A stretch of DNA of 64,000 bases from Macrostomum lignano. Its lineage: Eukaryota. Positions 11,927 through 25,329 of the stretch are shown here, piece after piece; the stretch's first letter is position 1, and the number at the start of each line of letters is the position of its first letter. The stretch is taken from the NCBI GenBank assembly GCA_002269645.1, contig NIVC01003337.1:39463-103462 (forward strand), read 5' to 3'. The notes under the pieces are model-generated. The model was not told the DNA's origin and did no database searches. It worked only from the letters and a program-made list of their open reading frames with translations. The position numbers and the translations under genes are program-made.

Positions 11927-13981
11927 TGAGGTGATAAAAACTACTTCAACTTTTGCGAGTCAACGCTTATTAACCATTGACAGTTAACGAAGCATTAATA
12001 AACACTGCCCAGCACTGGGGTATCTCTCGCTTTCGATGGAATTTTTGCATTTGGTGAAAATTTACTTCAGTTTAGTAAGCAGCTGTTGTCTGTACTGAGA
12101 TAAATTCCTTATGGCGCATCATTCAGGCAATTTTGCCTGCTTGCTATTATCTACTGCTGGTTTTTCAAGTAGAAATATAATGAACAGCTTGTTTTGCCAT
12201 CCCATCGAATATTAGTAGTATTTGCAACTCGCCGCTTACATGTTGTTAACTGCGTTTTCGACTGTAACTCGTATTTTGAAAAATAATTCTAATTATAACA
12301 AATATATTCTATTTTGGATTAGCAATGACTCTATACGAGCTAACTATTATTTATTCTTTGATGTCTACTAGCATTCCAGTTTCAGTAGTATATTTTGTGC
12401 ATTTATATAGCCATAAACTCATATACATGTAGTTTACCAATCCAATACCAATGTTGATAGAAGTGAAAAATTATTTCTTCGCTAGACTTTTTGGCTGAAA
12501 TACCGCAATAGTAAACTGAAGCAAAATATTCAAATTTTAAGATTAAAAAAAATAATTTTAATTCTGCAATTACACTAAAACTATAACACACGTTGTTGGT
12601 GACTCAATTTCGGTTTTTTGAGGAAACAATTGTTGTGAGTTGCACCAGGCATGTTGAGTATTTACACGTCCAACTGGCTTCACGACCTCTCAATCAAACT
12701 TGACGGTGGACAATTATTATCAGTGATGTTTCTAGACTTCGAGTTCTATCAACAGTAAAAAAGACAACATGCGACAAAAGGAAACTCCTGGATTGAGAAT
12801 TGCAGTGCTCAAACGCACCAACACTAACAGACAATAAACTATATTTGTGTGTCGATATTGGCTAACTGGAGAGTGGTGGAGAGGAGTGAGACGACAGCCA
12901 CGAATATGGCTAGCACGACACTTAAGGAAACTTTGCAAACTAACTCAGCAAGTAAAAGTGCAGCAGTAGCCCTTACCATCATCACTATAAACGTCCGAAT
13001 CTCCTCTCCCATGAGCCAGTAGCTATTCAAGAGTTCGAGCTCACTTCGAAGCTCACCGAAGCGTGGCCGACTCATCTCGATCTCCCATGCAGCCGAGTCG
13101 CAGCCGTCGTATTTAGCAGAGTTCATCATATTCGCGCAGACTCTGCTCTTTCCCATGCCCCCCCCCCTCATGACACGGCTCGTTGGGTTTTGGACGGGAC
13201 TGACCGGCGGGAGAAGAACGCCAGCTCATCAGAGTTGCTGCCGGCCGCAGAGAAAGGAGCTCTGCCAAGACGCTGTAAATTCGAGAACGGGGGATAGATC
13301 GAGACGAAGTTGACTCTTTTTCAACCGCACATGGTTTTGCTACAGACGAGAATTATTAACATAGTTTTGCCTACAATTATTCATGCGTAAACTGGAGACG
13401 TGTTTGCGTCATTTCTGCTTTCCTAAACCATGATAAAAGTAGAATATTTTCATCAGCTGTTTTGGACCAGTCAAAAAATTTCACAGCCCTCTTTGAGACT
13501 CTTGGTGACTGGGTGCAAGCCAGCTGCATCTGAAAAGACTTTTTTTAACTCTGGCGCATTTTTTTTCTGGCGAGCACCTGCGCCACGTTCAGATTTCATC
13601 TCGGATTTTCAGTTTTATGATTTTTTCGAAGAAAATGGAGCACGTTGCGCTTGTAAGTTTTTAGGCAAGTTTTCAGAGAAAAAAATCCTTCACTTAAAGT
13701 TGACTAACAATTTCGCTCTGTGTTTTATTAGTAGTGTCTTATTAATGATCTTTTAGCGCCTGGGCTACATGCATACTATGAGTAGCATGAAATTCAGGCA
13801 TGATTTTCCCACGCTCGCCGCCCAACAAGCGCTGTCTCTTGGAGCAAAAGCAGGCTTCGGGCACCAGCTTGAAATCTTGAGCGCATCTCACCAGATTAAA
13901 GCACGCATTTTTTTGAGCTACTGGGTTCAACACACACGAACTGCATGTACATATGTGTCCAGGGGCCACGGGGGTCGCGGG

Positions 13982-14752
13982 CACCCTAAGCTGTCACCCT
14001 AAGCTGTCACCTTGAGCTGTCACCCTGAGCTGTCACCCTAAGCTGTCACCGTGAGCTGCCACCCTAAGCTGTCACCCTGAGCTGTCACCCTAAGCTGTCA
14101 CAGTAAGCTGTCACCCTGAGCTGTCACCCTGAGCTGTCACCCTGAGCTGTCACCCTGAGCTGTCACCCTGAGCTGTCACCCTGAGCTGTCACCCTGAGCT
14201 GTCACCCTGAGCTGTCACCCTGAGCTGTCACCCTGAGCTGTCACCCTGAGCTGTCACCCTGAGCTGTCACCCTGAGCTGTCACCCTGAGCTGTCACCCTG
14301 AGCTGTCACCCTGAGCTGTCACCCTGAGCTGTCACCCTGAGCTGTCACCCTGAGCTGTCACCCTGAGCTGTCACCCTGAGCTGTCACCCTGAGCTGTCAC
14401 CCTGAGCTGTCACCCTGAGCTGTCACCCTGAGCTGTCACCCTGAGCTGTCACCCTAAGCTGTCACAGTAAGCTGTCACCCTGAGCTGTCACCCTGAGCTG
14501 TCACCCTGAGCTGTCACCCTGAGCTGTCACCCTGAGCTGTCACCCTGAGCTGTCACCCTGAGCTGTCACCCTGAGCTGTCACCCTGAGCTGTCACCCTGA
14601 GCTGTCACCCTGAGCTGTCACCCTGAGCTGTCACCCTGAGCTGTCACCCTGAGCTGTCACCCTGAGCTGTCACCCTGAGCTGTCACCCTGAGCTGTCACC
14701 CTGAGCTGTCACCCTGAGCTGTCACCCCGAGCTGTCACCCCGAGCTGTCACT
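13982..14752. repeat. 13-bp minisatellite (CTGAGCTGTCACC)n
   Basis: Highly homogeneous tandem array of about 59 copies. Confidence 0.98.
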
Positions 14753-17700
14753 CCAAAAGCTCAAAACAGTTAAAAGTTCCCAGACTCAGTCTGTTCTGCC
14801 CATTTAATCATGTCTCAACATTACTCGAATCTCCGTCAGACCTGCTAGCCATTGTTTGCTCAGGCTTGTTGCCGCCGGGATCGGTAATCTTCCACCTTTG
14901 TTACCTGCAGTATACGACATTTCCTGGAGTTGCGGCCAGACGAATCAATCACGATTGTTCTGGCAGGCCCATCAGCTCAGAGACCCGCATATAGTTCATG
15001 CAAGTTCAATAGCAATTCTATACTCTGACTTCATCCACTGTGCAACGTCGTATCAGCCTTCCGATCATATATTCGGTAAGCGTATATGCTCATACGAGTA
15101 TTCGTGAACCCCCTGCCTCCTCTTCCTGCTTTCTTCCTCTGGGGCTGCTCAGCTCAAGGCAGCATCGAGGCTGCAGTTTTCAGCCACTGCCGCCCGACTT
15201 CCGCTCTCTCAAGTTTCTTTTTTTACCAAACGCTATAAAGAACTCAACCGAGGCTTCCCTACTCACCAGCCGAGTGTATTTAGGCTCAGTTCTGCTGGCA
15301 AACTGCTCACACGGGCTGGGACGCTTTTCTCAGTCAAAAACGTGTCGACCCTGTTTTCTAGGAAAGAAAAACCGTAAAGAAGAGGAGAAAGTGTAGAAGA
15401 GTTTTGAGCTCGCGCTGAGCAAACAATCCACCTGCAGAGAGAGTAGAGGGGTTAAAGAAGAAGAGGCCTCACACTGTGAACTGTGGCGGTGTGTCTTGTG
15501 GGAGGTCCATAATGCAAACTTCTCAATTGAAATTTGAATGCTCAAACTCGTGCTTAGAGTTGGCTTGACTGTCAACCAGGTTGAGCTGTCACGTTTCACT
15601 CGGCCAGGGCTCGCCCAGCACACACGGACTGAACAAGAGAAAGAGGTACTGAGTTACCTGACAAGCCCCGATTTTTTAATTAAACCCGCAACAGACTCGG
15701 ACAGACGCTTTTTCGTCAGCAGCCGGACTGGCCCACCTGCATCCCCATTTTTAATATTTCCTTTTGTATGCCTCGATTTTCCTCATAATTTTTGCAGGCC
15801 GAAATTGCTAAATTGCTTCTACAGCTGTCTGACTTTCCACCTGTCTGCATTTCAAATTTCCTGTATTTCCATCTGTCTGCATTCTCAACCTGTCCTGCCT
15901 GTAAAATAATTATGAAACGACTGTGAGCACATGCAAGTACGCCAATACTGTACGCAGGCACATAGCACATTACAATAATGCACACCCTCTCACAGGGCCC
16001 TGGCCTTCTCTTTGTCAAGCATGTACACTCTCTGTGTCCTGGGGGTTATCCCTCATTGTGGCTGTCAATCGCTCGACAACCTCCGGCTAATTTTTGTGCA
16101 CAAGAACCACATGAATTTAAGCCGCACACGGAATCGAAAGTGGTTTTTACCGACGTGTCAGACGCATTTACTGCTGAGCTGCTCGGAGCTGTCTTCTGCA
16201 TTTCTAGCTGTCTGCTTGAGTATAAGCCCTTGGTGTCCGTCCATCTTTATTTTCCTTCTTAGCATCCATCAACTTCCTTCACTACTGTCTTTCAACTGCA
16301 TATTTGATGAACATTATAGTTTCCAGCAGCCATTGTGACTTTGAAATTGCCTCGCAAATGATTGTTGTTATAGTTCCAGGATGAAGCTGCCCAGTGTCAG
16401 CCAGAAATGTGCCGACTTGCTCCTCTCCTCTGGGCGGTCAATGCGACGGAGCGGAAAAGTGCAGAATGGGAGAACAGCAATTATCCTACAGAGGCGACAA
16501 GAAGTCCCGCCTCTCTCCGCCACCTCCCTGGCAGTCAATCAGCAGCAGCAGCCAGAAGAGGGGCAATCAGGAGGCGCCCTGAAAGACGATTCCAGCCTGA
16601 ATTTCATCAAATTTCCATGCAGTCCCCATAAATGAATGCCAAACAGCTTAGCCGGCCACAGTCGGTTTTTAACGAGGTGGGACAAAGAAGTTGAAAGAAT
16701 CCGCCAAGCACAGATTGCCTTTGTCGCTAAATTGACTTCCATTAGTAAATTGCTGGTACAGGTAAGTCTGCCTCTTGCACTTTTCGAAGCGGGGGCTTGT
16801 TTAACTCATTCGATGTTTGGTAGTTCATTGCAATATCGATTCACTGCACTGGCAAATCTTGCGCTGTCCCAGATACAGCTGGTACCAGATGTGTAATAGA
16901 CTTGCGAAAAGCACCGGGCAGAAAAGGCTGCTTATTTAGCGTCAGGCAATGATTTTCGTGAATCGCCAAGCATGCTCGAACCCTCAATGATATCAGAGAT
17001 AGCCAATTTATCAGAACTGCTGATGGAGTCAGCTTCCAACACCTGAGCTCAATATAGGTCTCGATTCCTCAATCCTCAAGCATCTGGAATGAAAATGACT
17101 CAAGCCGATCATCTCAAATTTATATAAGACACAATCGGCAGAGCCCCATGTGCGAGATGAGACGGAGTCAGCTGGGACTGCTAATCAAACACGACATTTC
17201 GTTATTAAGCTGCAACGAGCGAAGTATGCACTTCCCAGCGTGTTTATGCATCGATTTTGTTAAATTTGTGGCGTGCTGGGATGGCTTTTCGGACCAAACA
17301 GGAATCGGCAGTGAGTCCGAAGCTCTGGAAAGTACAACGTGGTGGAGAGCTACTGATGCTGAAAGTCTCACAACAAGCGCAATGGCGTACGTAGGAATTT
17401 AACAGGTAACTAGAGACCTCGCAACCCTAAAGGGTCCCAATATTTGGTGTCTTGGTAGGCGCTACTGACTCTTGATGGGTGCCCCAACCACTACCTCTTG
17501 GGCCAGTTGATGTCGGGTTAGGGGAGCAAGGTCCATTCTGTGTACCCGTACATCAGATGAAGTCACGGATTCTTCATTTGCTTACCATCTCTGTTAAAAA
17601 ATAATTTGCCTTTTTATTTGCATCTATGATGGCGGTAATGTATGTAGACACGGGAGCTGCTCTCACGTAAAATACGTACATCTTGGAGAGTTTAGTGCAG

Positions 17701-18869
17701 CCCAAAAACCCTTTATTAGGCCCGGCCTTCTGTGCTGCGTTCCGGCTGCTCAACATGCTCTCTCAAGGCTCCACGAAGGCGTCCAAGACTGAGGTGTGGC
17801 TCCACGTGGGCACTGCGACTTCTTCGGTGCTGGCTCTGCTGAATGGAAACAACCGTCAAAGTGTGTGACGACTTCCGTTACCTCGGCTCCCTTGTGTTAA
17901 GGCTTGAGCCCTGACAACCATTATCTCCGACAGGAGGACTCAGCTGGCACGTCTGCTCAAAAATGTCTTCAATTCAACCGCACGTGACAACCTGAAGATG
18001 CCGCCCCTGATTGACTGATTGACTGACTTGCAGGCTATTGCGACTCAGCTCAGCCCCAGCCCCTCGGTTGCTTTACAAACTCGTCAGTGCAAGAGTTGGT
18101 TAGATCGCTTCTCTCTTCGTTGCGTTAGTCTTCTAGAGCAGTGCTAATCTGACGTACAATGAAGTAATTTATATGTAAGAGGATTGCAAATCTGATTTTC
18201 TTTGCGTCGTTGCAGCCCACATAACAGCAAAGAAGTCTAATCACAAGATACAGAATTAATTTTAGCTCAAAACACTTCAAAGGGTCCTTCTATGTAGACA
18301 CATTTTTTATTGAGAAATCGTATTACGAGCGTATATCGAGTAACAGTCTTCACTGAAGCGGAAAATTTAAATTAAATTAGCAAAATATTTGTTACCGTAC
18401 TATATTCTGTCAGGCCAAAATTCTATTAAAAAATGGGCTGTCATTAGATCACAGCTCATGGTACATGTGCGTCGCAAATTGTATTTGCGCAGGTACTCCA
18501 CGTAATTTAGCCCGTGGGTGAAATTGGCTCAAAATTCTATTTAAAAAGCTCGTGTTTATTAGATTTAATTGGCGCTAAATCGTCAATTTCGCTTTATATC
18601 AAGCTAGCTTTCATAAATTCTGTAAAATGTTAGTGGCGGAGAGCGTCAAGAAGATACTCAAAAAATTACGCTCAATCAATGTGTGTTATGGAATCACTCA
18701 ATATGGAATGTTATCAATATGAAGACAAGCTGGGCCGGGTGCAGAGGCTTTAAGCCGGCCGGCGCGGCCAACACCTCCACACCTCAACCCCCCCCCGCCA
18801 AAGTACAGCAATATGTACAGCTGCATCCCCCGGCGTGTCTAACACACCTTACTCAGAGAGTAACGATTG

Positions 18870-19290
18870 CAGTGTTATAGAATCACTCAATATGGAATGT
18901 TATGAAATCACTCAATACGGGGTGATGATATGGAATTACTGAATATGGGGTGTTATAAAATCACACAATATGGGGTGTTATGAAATCACTAAATATAGGG
19001 CGTTATGGAATCACTCAATATAGGGTGTTATGAAATCACTCAATATAGGGTGTTATGAAATCACACAATATGGAATGTTATGAAATCACACAATATGGAA
19101 TGTTATGAAATCACACAATATGGAATGTTATGAAATCACACAATATGGAATGTTATGGAATCACACAATATGGAATGTTATGAAATCACACAATATGGAA
19201 TGTTATGAAATCACACAATATGGAATGTTATGAAATCACACAATATGGGGTGATATAGATTTACTGAATATGGGGTGCTGTGGAATCACA
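18870..19290. repeat. 25-bp minisatellite (GAAATCACACAATATGGAATGTTAT)n
   Basis: Tandem copies visible. An outlying unit at ~18684-18720 is separated by ~155 bp of unrelated sequence. Confidence 0.92.
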
Positions 19291-21785
19291 GAGCAGACTG
19301 CTAAATACACGCCATTCCACTCGATGTGTGCCAGTGTATTTGGGCAAGCTCGGTGTTTACGACAATCGCTGACTCAAAAAAGAGAGCGTCTGTCGCTGCT
19401 TGACGCAGGACACTGCAGCGAATTGCGCAGGGAGCCAGTCAGAGAGAGAAAAAGATTCAGAGCCTGCCTGTGCTCGCAGATGCCCGCATGCAGTCCACCT
19501 GTGCTACAGATACTGAGCAATGGCTAAGCCGCCCAAGCTTATCAGAAGAAACTGCCCAACCCATATAGGCGTGATTCTGCATTATTAATAGAACGAGAAT
19601 GCATCCGGGTCCAGGTGAGACAGAAATGAGCAGCCAAGCCAACAACAGGCCTCTGAATTGATATATTGTGTATATATATATCAGCTATTAGCGGGTACAC
19701 CGCTTGCTCGGACTCTTATATTTACCTGCTGGCAAACAACAGCTTATCACAGCAGCAGTAACCAATGGCAACAGTGAGTTCAGGTTGAGATTGAGCAGCA
19801 CACGCAACAGTTGGCTCTGTAGAGCAGCAAATTGTGAGATCAAAGCGGATTAAACGCGGGTGAGGATGGCTACAAAAGCAAGAACAAACTGAAAAAACTT
19901 CTACAAAAAGCGCACTAAAAATGGCAAAAACAGGGAATAACAAAAATCGCTGTCAAAAATTAAGGAATGGGTAGCGAAACTGCTGGATTCCCGTGGAAAG
20001 TTAGGAGGGAGAAAAACTTGGACTGAGCAAAGAAAAACAAAGTGAGCTGTCAATACAAAATGGCAAAAACGCAAAGCCTATAATATCAAATTGTGCAGAC
20101 ATCGGTGAAGTCAACTCAGACTAATAATTAATTGGCATTGTGGCAAGCTGGCGGGGGCACGATATGAATTTGCAGGTATCCTACACTGAGCTAATTAACC
20201 AAGCCTACCCCTGTCCGAGTCTTGGCATCAGTGAGCCCTCGGTCACGGATCTCAGCTAGGTGCGCAGATGCAGCTCCCAGCTAATTCCCCATCACGCAGG
20301 CCCTCGAGGAGGCTCAGAAAGCAGACGGAAGCAGGTTCGGACAACGCAGAGCAGCGCACAAGAAAATCTTCTTTTTTCCCTATTCTAAAACCAGCTTGCT
20401 TCGCCTCGAATGACTCCCTAATTACCGCTGCTGCACCTGCTGATTTACCTGCCGCTTTGAACTGTGCGGTCACGAAAGCATAGGGAGAGTCAGAGGCTTC
20501 AGCGAGAAAGTAATTGCAGACCTGTGTCCAAGTCCCCCGATCTCCGAAGAACTCTAAACTGAACAAGGCCTGTAGGAGTTTGAGCTCCGCTGAGCTGCAA
20601 TTACAGCTTACAGTTGCAGAGAAGACAGACAAAGGAAGAGATTTCGGACCCAGCCTCTCATGTTTAGCCATCGCGCATCAGTCAAACAGCCTATCGTTAT
20701 TCTGTCAATAAAGCGAATAACTAAAAAATATCCCTAAAACAGACCTCCCTAAGAAATATCCATAAGCTATCAATCGCTACAAATCAATAAATTTGGCACC
20801 TTCGGCCGTCCGAGGTCAAGCAGAAAATCAGAGTCAAGCTCGCCAACTTGTTGGTAAATTGAAAACACTAGCAGATGTATTTAGATAGTAAACGCTCTGG
20901 AACACAAGACGCTGACCACACAACAAACAGCTCAGGCTGTCTGTCGGTAAACAACAACAATAATAACACAAAAAGTGAGAGAATACATAGCCAGGGCAGT
21001 TGGTCGAGTCAAATTTAAATATTATATAATGAAAACACAAAGTTGAAGAGAAACACATTGAACAGGTTAATAGCACACTCGCGATAGACAATGGCTAAAT
21101 TGGGTTAAGCATAGAAATAAGCTAGCATAAGATGTGAAGCTTCCCGTGGGCTCTCTATACACTTCAGGGACTGATTTCATGACGGACTGCTGGGTAGGTC
21201 AGCTTCCTTCCCATTCGGTCTTTGCAAGCCTTCCTACAAGCAAATCCCATTGCCAGACAACTCCAAAGCGAAGCTCAACAAGAGGACATTATGGAAAGAG
21301 ATGCCGAGATGGGGTGGAGGCAACTGGTCTGGACAAGTCTGCCAAGTATTGGCCATAGACAATACTGCGATGCATCCTCCTAGTAGACTGAAAAAGCACT
21401 TTTAGCAGGTGCTAAACAGCAACAAGCAGTCATTCATGAAATCGGTCCCAGGGAACAAAAACAGCTGGAGAACGGGTGAAAGTGAGCACACGGTGAGGTG
21501 GGGGTTTAATCTCGCAAAACTGGAGTTTCAAAAAAACGCTCACAAAAGCTGGGATTACATTTATGAAGCGAATGTTTATAAGACTGGGACTGGGGGAAGG
21601 GGAACACAGATAGAACAATGAGAGCAGCGTTCGAGCTATGATTTGTTTATCAATTTACAAAATCCAATAATCTAACGCTTGACAAACGGGCCATAGGAGA
21701 TTTTAAGGTAACGCCTGTGGACAGATGCATAGCGTATCAAATGTGTGTAGCAGAGGGGGGTCACTGGGTGCAGCCGATGCCGGGC

Positions 21786-24700
21786 CTACACGGCAGCCCT
21801 GGCCAGGGCGGCTTTGCCAGCCTCGTCGCCAAAGATGTCGCTCAGCTGCTTCTTGTAGGCGTCAATGTTCCGCTGCATCACCTCCACGCAGGGTCCGAGC
21901 AGGCGCTCAAAGTCGGACACGTGCAGCACGCAGACCTTCGTGTGGCCAACGGCGTAGCAGCTGGCGGCGCGCGGCTCCTTGGTGATGAGCGCCAGCTCGC
22001 CAAAATAATCGCCTTTGCCGAGCAGGTTCACCTGCGGGTGGCAGCGGGGTGTCGGTTTGCAAATCAGGCCAGCTATGCTTACCCCTCCTGGCCTCTGATT
22101 GCAGGTGTCAAAATGTGTGTATCTGTGTGCCAATGCCGAAATCCCAGACAGAGAAAAACCCTGCCACTAATTGCTTTTGAGCATGATTAAATTGGAAACC
22201 CAATCCAGACCCAATTACCACCCTCAGCCTCACCTGCGTCTTCATCCCAGCCTTATCTGCATCTCCATCCCAGCCTCACCTGCATCTGCATCCCAGCTTT
22301 ACCTGCATCTGCATCCCAGCTTTACCTGCATCTGAATCCCAGCCTCACCTGCATCTCCATCCCAGCTTTACCTGCATCTGCATCCCAGCTTTACCTGCAT
22401 CAGCATCTCCATCCCAGCCTTACCTGCATCTGCATGCCAGCCTCACCTGCATCTGAATCCCAGCTTTACCTGCATCTGCATCCCAGCTTCACCTGCATCT
22501 CCATCCCAGCCTTATCTGCATCTCCATCCCAGCTTTACCTGCATCTGCATCCCAGCCTTACCTGCATCTGCATCCCAGCTTTACCTGCATCTGCATCCCA
22601 GCCTCACCTGCATCCCAGCTTTACCTGCATCTCCGTCCCAGCCTTACCTGCATCTGCATCCCAGCCTCACCTGCATCTCCATCCCAGCCTCACCTGATCT
22701 CCATCCCAGCCTCACCTGCATCTCCATCCCAGCTTTACCTGCATCTGCATCCCAGCCTTACCTGCATCTGCATCCCAGCCTTACCTGCATCTCCATCCCA
22801 ACCTCACATGCATCTGAATCCCAGCTTTACCTGCATCTCCATCCCAGCCTCATCTGCATCTCCATCCCAGCCTCACCTGCATCTCCATCCCAGCCTCATC
22901 TGATCTCCATTCCAGCCTCACCTGCATCTCCAGGCCATTGTCGGAGTTGCGCCGCATCACCTTGACCTCGCCCTCCTCCACAAAGAACATCTCGTTGCCA
23001 ATCTCGCCCTGGTGCAGGATGGGCTCGCCATCCGAGAACTCCCGCTCCTTCAGCGCGTCCGCCACATTCTGCCGCTCGTACTGGGTGAGCTCCGCCAGCA
23101 GGTGCACCGAGGACAGGAAGGCCTCGTACTTCTTGCGGTGCTTGAAGGCGGCCATGAGCACCTGCGACAGATGGGAGGCCGGGCGGACCCGTGTACTTTT
23201 AGCCTTTCAACCATTTCAGCCTGTAGAGAGTGAAGAGTGCTCAGCTGCACTCATTATCCACATCTCTCAGCTTATCTAAATAAGCCACTCCCAGCAACAC
23301 AACAATGAAAGATGCGGACAAAAGCAAACAGTCAATCTAGTATTTTTAATCCCATTATGCAGCAATTTGCTCCCGTGTTGAGTGGGGCAGCGGAGGCGGA
23401 TGCAGCGGTGCGCACAGACTCAATTGAGCTGCTCAATGTGAGTAGGGAGAGAAATCCCAGTGCATCCAGCCACTAAGCTGCTCGTGAGATGACTCGGAGC
23501 GATTGTAATGAAGCAATCGGAGGTATTAGGAGTGAAAATATATTTCTTAGCAACTTGTATTGCTTCTCTTGCCGTCAGCCTGCCGTCAGTCTACCTGTCT
23601 GGCTGCCTACCTGTCTGGCTTGTCTACCTGTTTGGCTGCCTACCTGTCTGGCTTGTCTACCTGTCTGGCTGTCTACCTGTCTGGCTGCCTACCTGTCCGG
23701 CTTGTCTAACTGTCTGGCTTGTCTACCTGTTTGGCTGCCTACCTGTTTGGCTTGTCTACCTGTCTGGCTTGTCTACCTGTCTGGCTGCCTACCTGTTTGG
23801 CTTGTCTACCTGTCTGGCTTGTCTACCTGTCTGGCTGCCTACCTGTCTGGCTTGTCTACCTGTCTGGCTTGTCTACCTGTTTGGCTGCCTACCTGTCTGG
23901 CTTGTCTACCTGTCTGGCTGTCTACCTGTCTGGCTGTCTACCTGTCTGGCTGCCTACCTGTCCGGCTTGTCTAACTGTCTGGCTTGTCTACCTGTTTGGC
24001 TGCCTACCTGTTTGGCTTGTCTACCTGTCTGGCTTGTCTACCTGTCTGGCTGCCTACCTGTCTGGCTTGTCTACCTGTCTGGCTTGTCTACCTGTTTGGC
24101 TGCCTACCTGTCTGGCTTGTCTACCTGTCTGGCTGTCTACCTGTCTGGCTGCCTACCTGTCCGGCTTGTCTAACTGTCTGGCTTGTCTACCTGTTTGGCT
24201 GCCTACCTGTTTGGCTTGTCTACCTGTCTGGCTTGTCTACCTGTCTGGCTGCCTACCTGTCTGGCTTGTCTACCTGTCTGGCTTGTCTACTTGTCTGGCT
24301 GTCTACTTGTCTGCCTGTCTGGCTTGTCTGCCTGACTGCCTGTCTACCTATCTGCCTACCTGTTTATTAGCCTTAATTCTTCCACTTCTACCAAGTCGCT
24401 ACCCGAGTCAGCCAAGCGAGCCCCACCTTCTGCTGGAAGGTCTCCATGTCCAGCGACCAGAGCACGCCGTCAGTCTTGGCGATGACCGTGGCAGCCCTGG
24501 GGCAGTAGTACATAAGCGCCAGCTCGCCAAAGGAGCCCTCGTGATTGTAGGTGAGCACATGCCGGCTCTCGGAGCTCGCCTTGTCCCTCACAAAAGCCTC
24601 AAACACGCCGCGCTCGATCACATAGAAATTGTCGCCCTCGCCGTCTTGCTCGATGATGACCTCGCCGGCCGTCACCGGCTTCTCCTCCATGGCGTCGATC

Positions 24701-25161
24701 ACGTGACCCAGGCCGACCCGGTCCAGGCTGCGGAACAGCAGGATGTGCTTGACGGTCTCCATCAGCCGGCGCCGCTGCTCGTCGGACTTCGGCACCACCC
24801 GGCGCTGGTAGGTGGCCTCGTGCTTCTCCGGGTCGAAGGAGGGCGCCGCCACGCTCACCCGGCGCCGGCTGCAGGCGCCGCAGACGCGGGCAGCGGCAGC
24901 CGAGTCGGGCAGGGCGGCCAAATCGTCGTCGTCGTCAATTTCAGCGCCGGAGTCCTCGCGGCGCAGTTGGCGCTCGGCGGAGTCGGAGGAGGCGACGGCA
25001 GCGGCGGCTGGGCCGGCGGCCTCGGAGGACTGACCGAGGTCGAGCCGCTGGAAGTAGGCGGAGGCGAACTGGACCAGATTGGCCGGCTGGGCCCGCAGCA
25101 CCGCCACGGTGAAGTCCTGGAGCAGCTCGGTCAGGCCGTCTGGCACGGTGAATGACGACAT
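21786..25161 (-). CDS. PRKAR2: cAMP-dependent protein kinase type II regulatory subunit (3 exons, ~406 aa)
   Basis: Exons 25161-24427, 23161-22922 and 22031-21786, all phase 0 with GT-AG ends. D/D domain ([31 protein letters not shown]), RRVSV substrate-type inhibitor site (type II), and two cNMP-binding cassettes ([16 protein letters not shown]; [16 protein letters not shown]). Confidence 0.96.
22225..22930 (-). repeat. ~23-bp intronic tandem repeat made of the exon 2/intron 2 junction (GAGATGCAG|GTGAGGCTGGGAT)
   Basis: The plus-strand unit catcccagcctcacctgcatctc (variants cagctttacctgc, cagccttacctgc) continues without a break into the last codons of PKA-R exon 2. Confidence 0.93.
23580..24365. 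repeat. 16/17-bp intronic minisatellite (CTACCTGTCTGGCTTGT / CTACCTGTCTGGCTGC)n in PKA-R intron 1
   Basis: Directly visible tandem array; it explains the repetitive plus-strand ORFs 23489-25155. Confidence 0.95.
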
Positions 25162-25329
25162 CTGGCTGGTTGTGCTTGGCTGAGGTGCGAGATGTGGCGG
25201 CGGTGGAGGAGCTGGACTCCGGTCTGCAATGCCCGTGCTGGCTCAATAAGTAAGAGGGTTCGCACTCAGCCCACCCCCGCACTGACTGGCAACCAATTGG
25301 AAGGCCAGGAGGATTCAGTAAAATGCCAC

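Noticed and set aside
9631-11987. Repetitive ORFs YELGAV and GCHYRGAITGVPLQ
   Set aside because: They are artefacts of 18-bp and 14-bp minisatellites; the 14-bp array is open in all three frames, and neither has splice or domain support.
13225-13260. Hammerhead ribozyme candidate (CUGAUGAG on the minus strand with a following stem); a similar core lies at ~48852
   Set aside because: No GAAA after stem II and no closing stems.
14850-17900. Possible plus-strand multi-exon gene (donor-like sites at ~15068, 16760, 17405)
   Set aside because: No consistent frame or recognisable domain could be assembled by eye; left unannotated.
23489-25155. 478-aa plus-strand ORF and neighbours
   Set aside because: Minisatellite translation plus the GC-rich antisense shadow of PKA-R exon 1.
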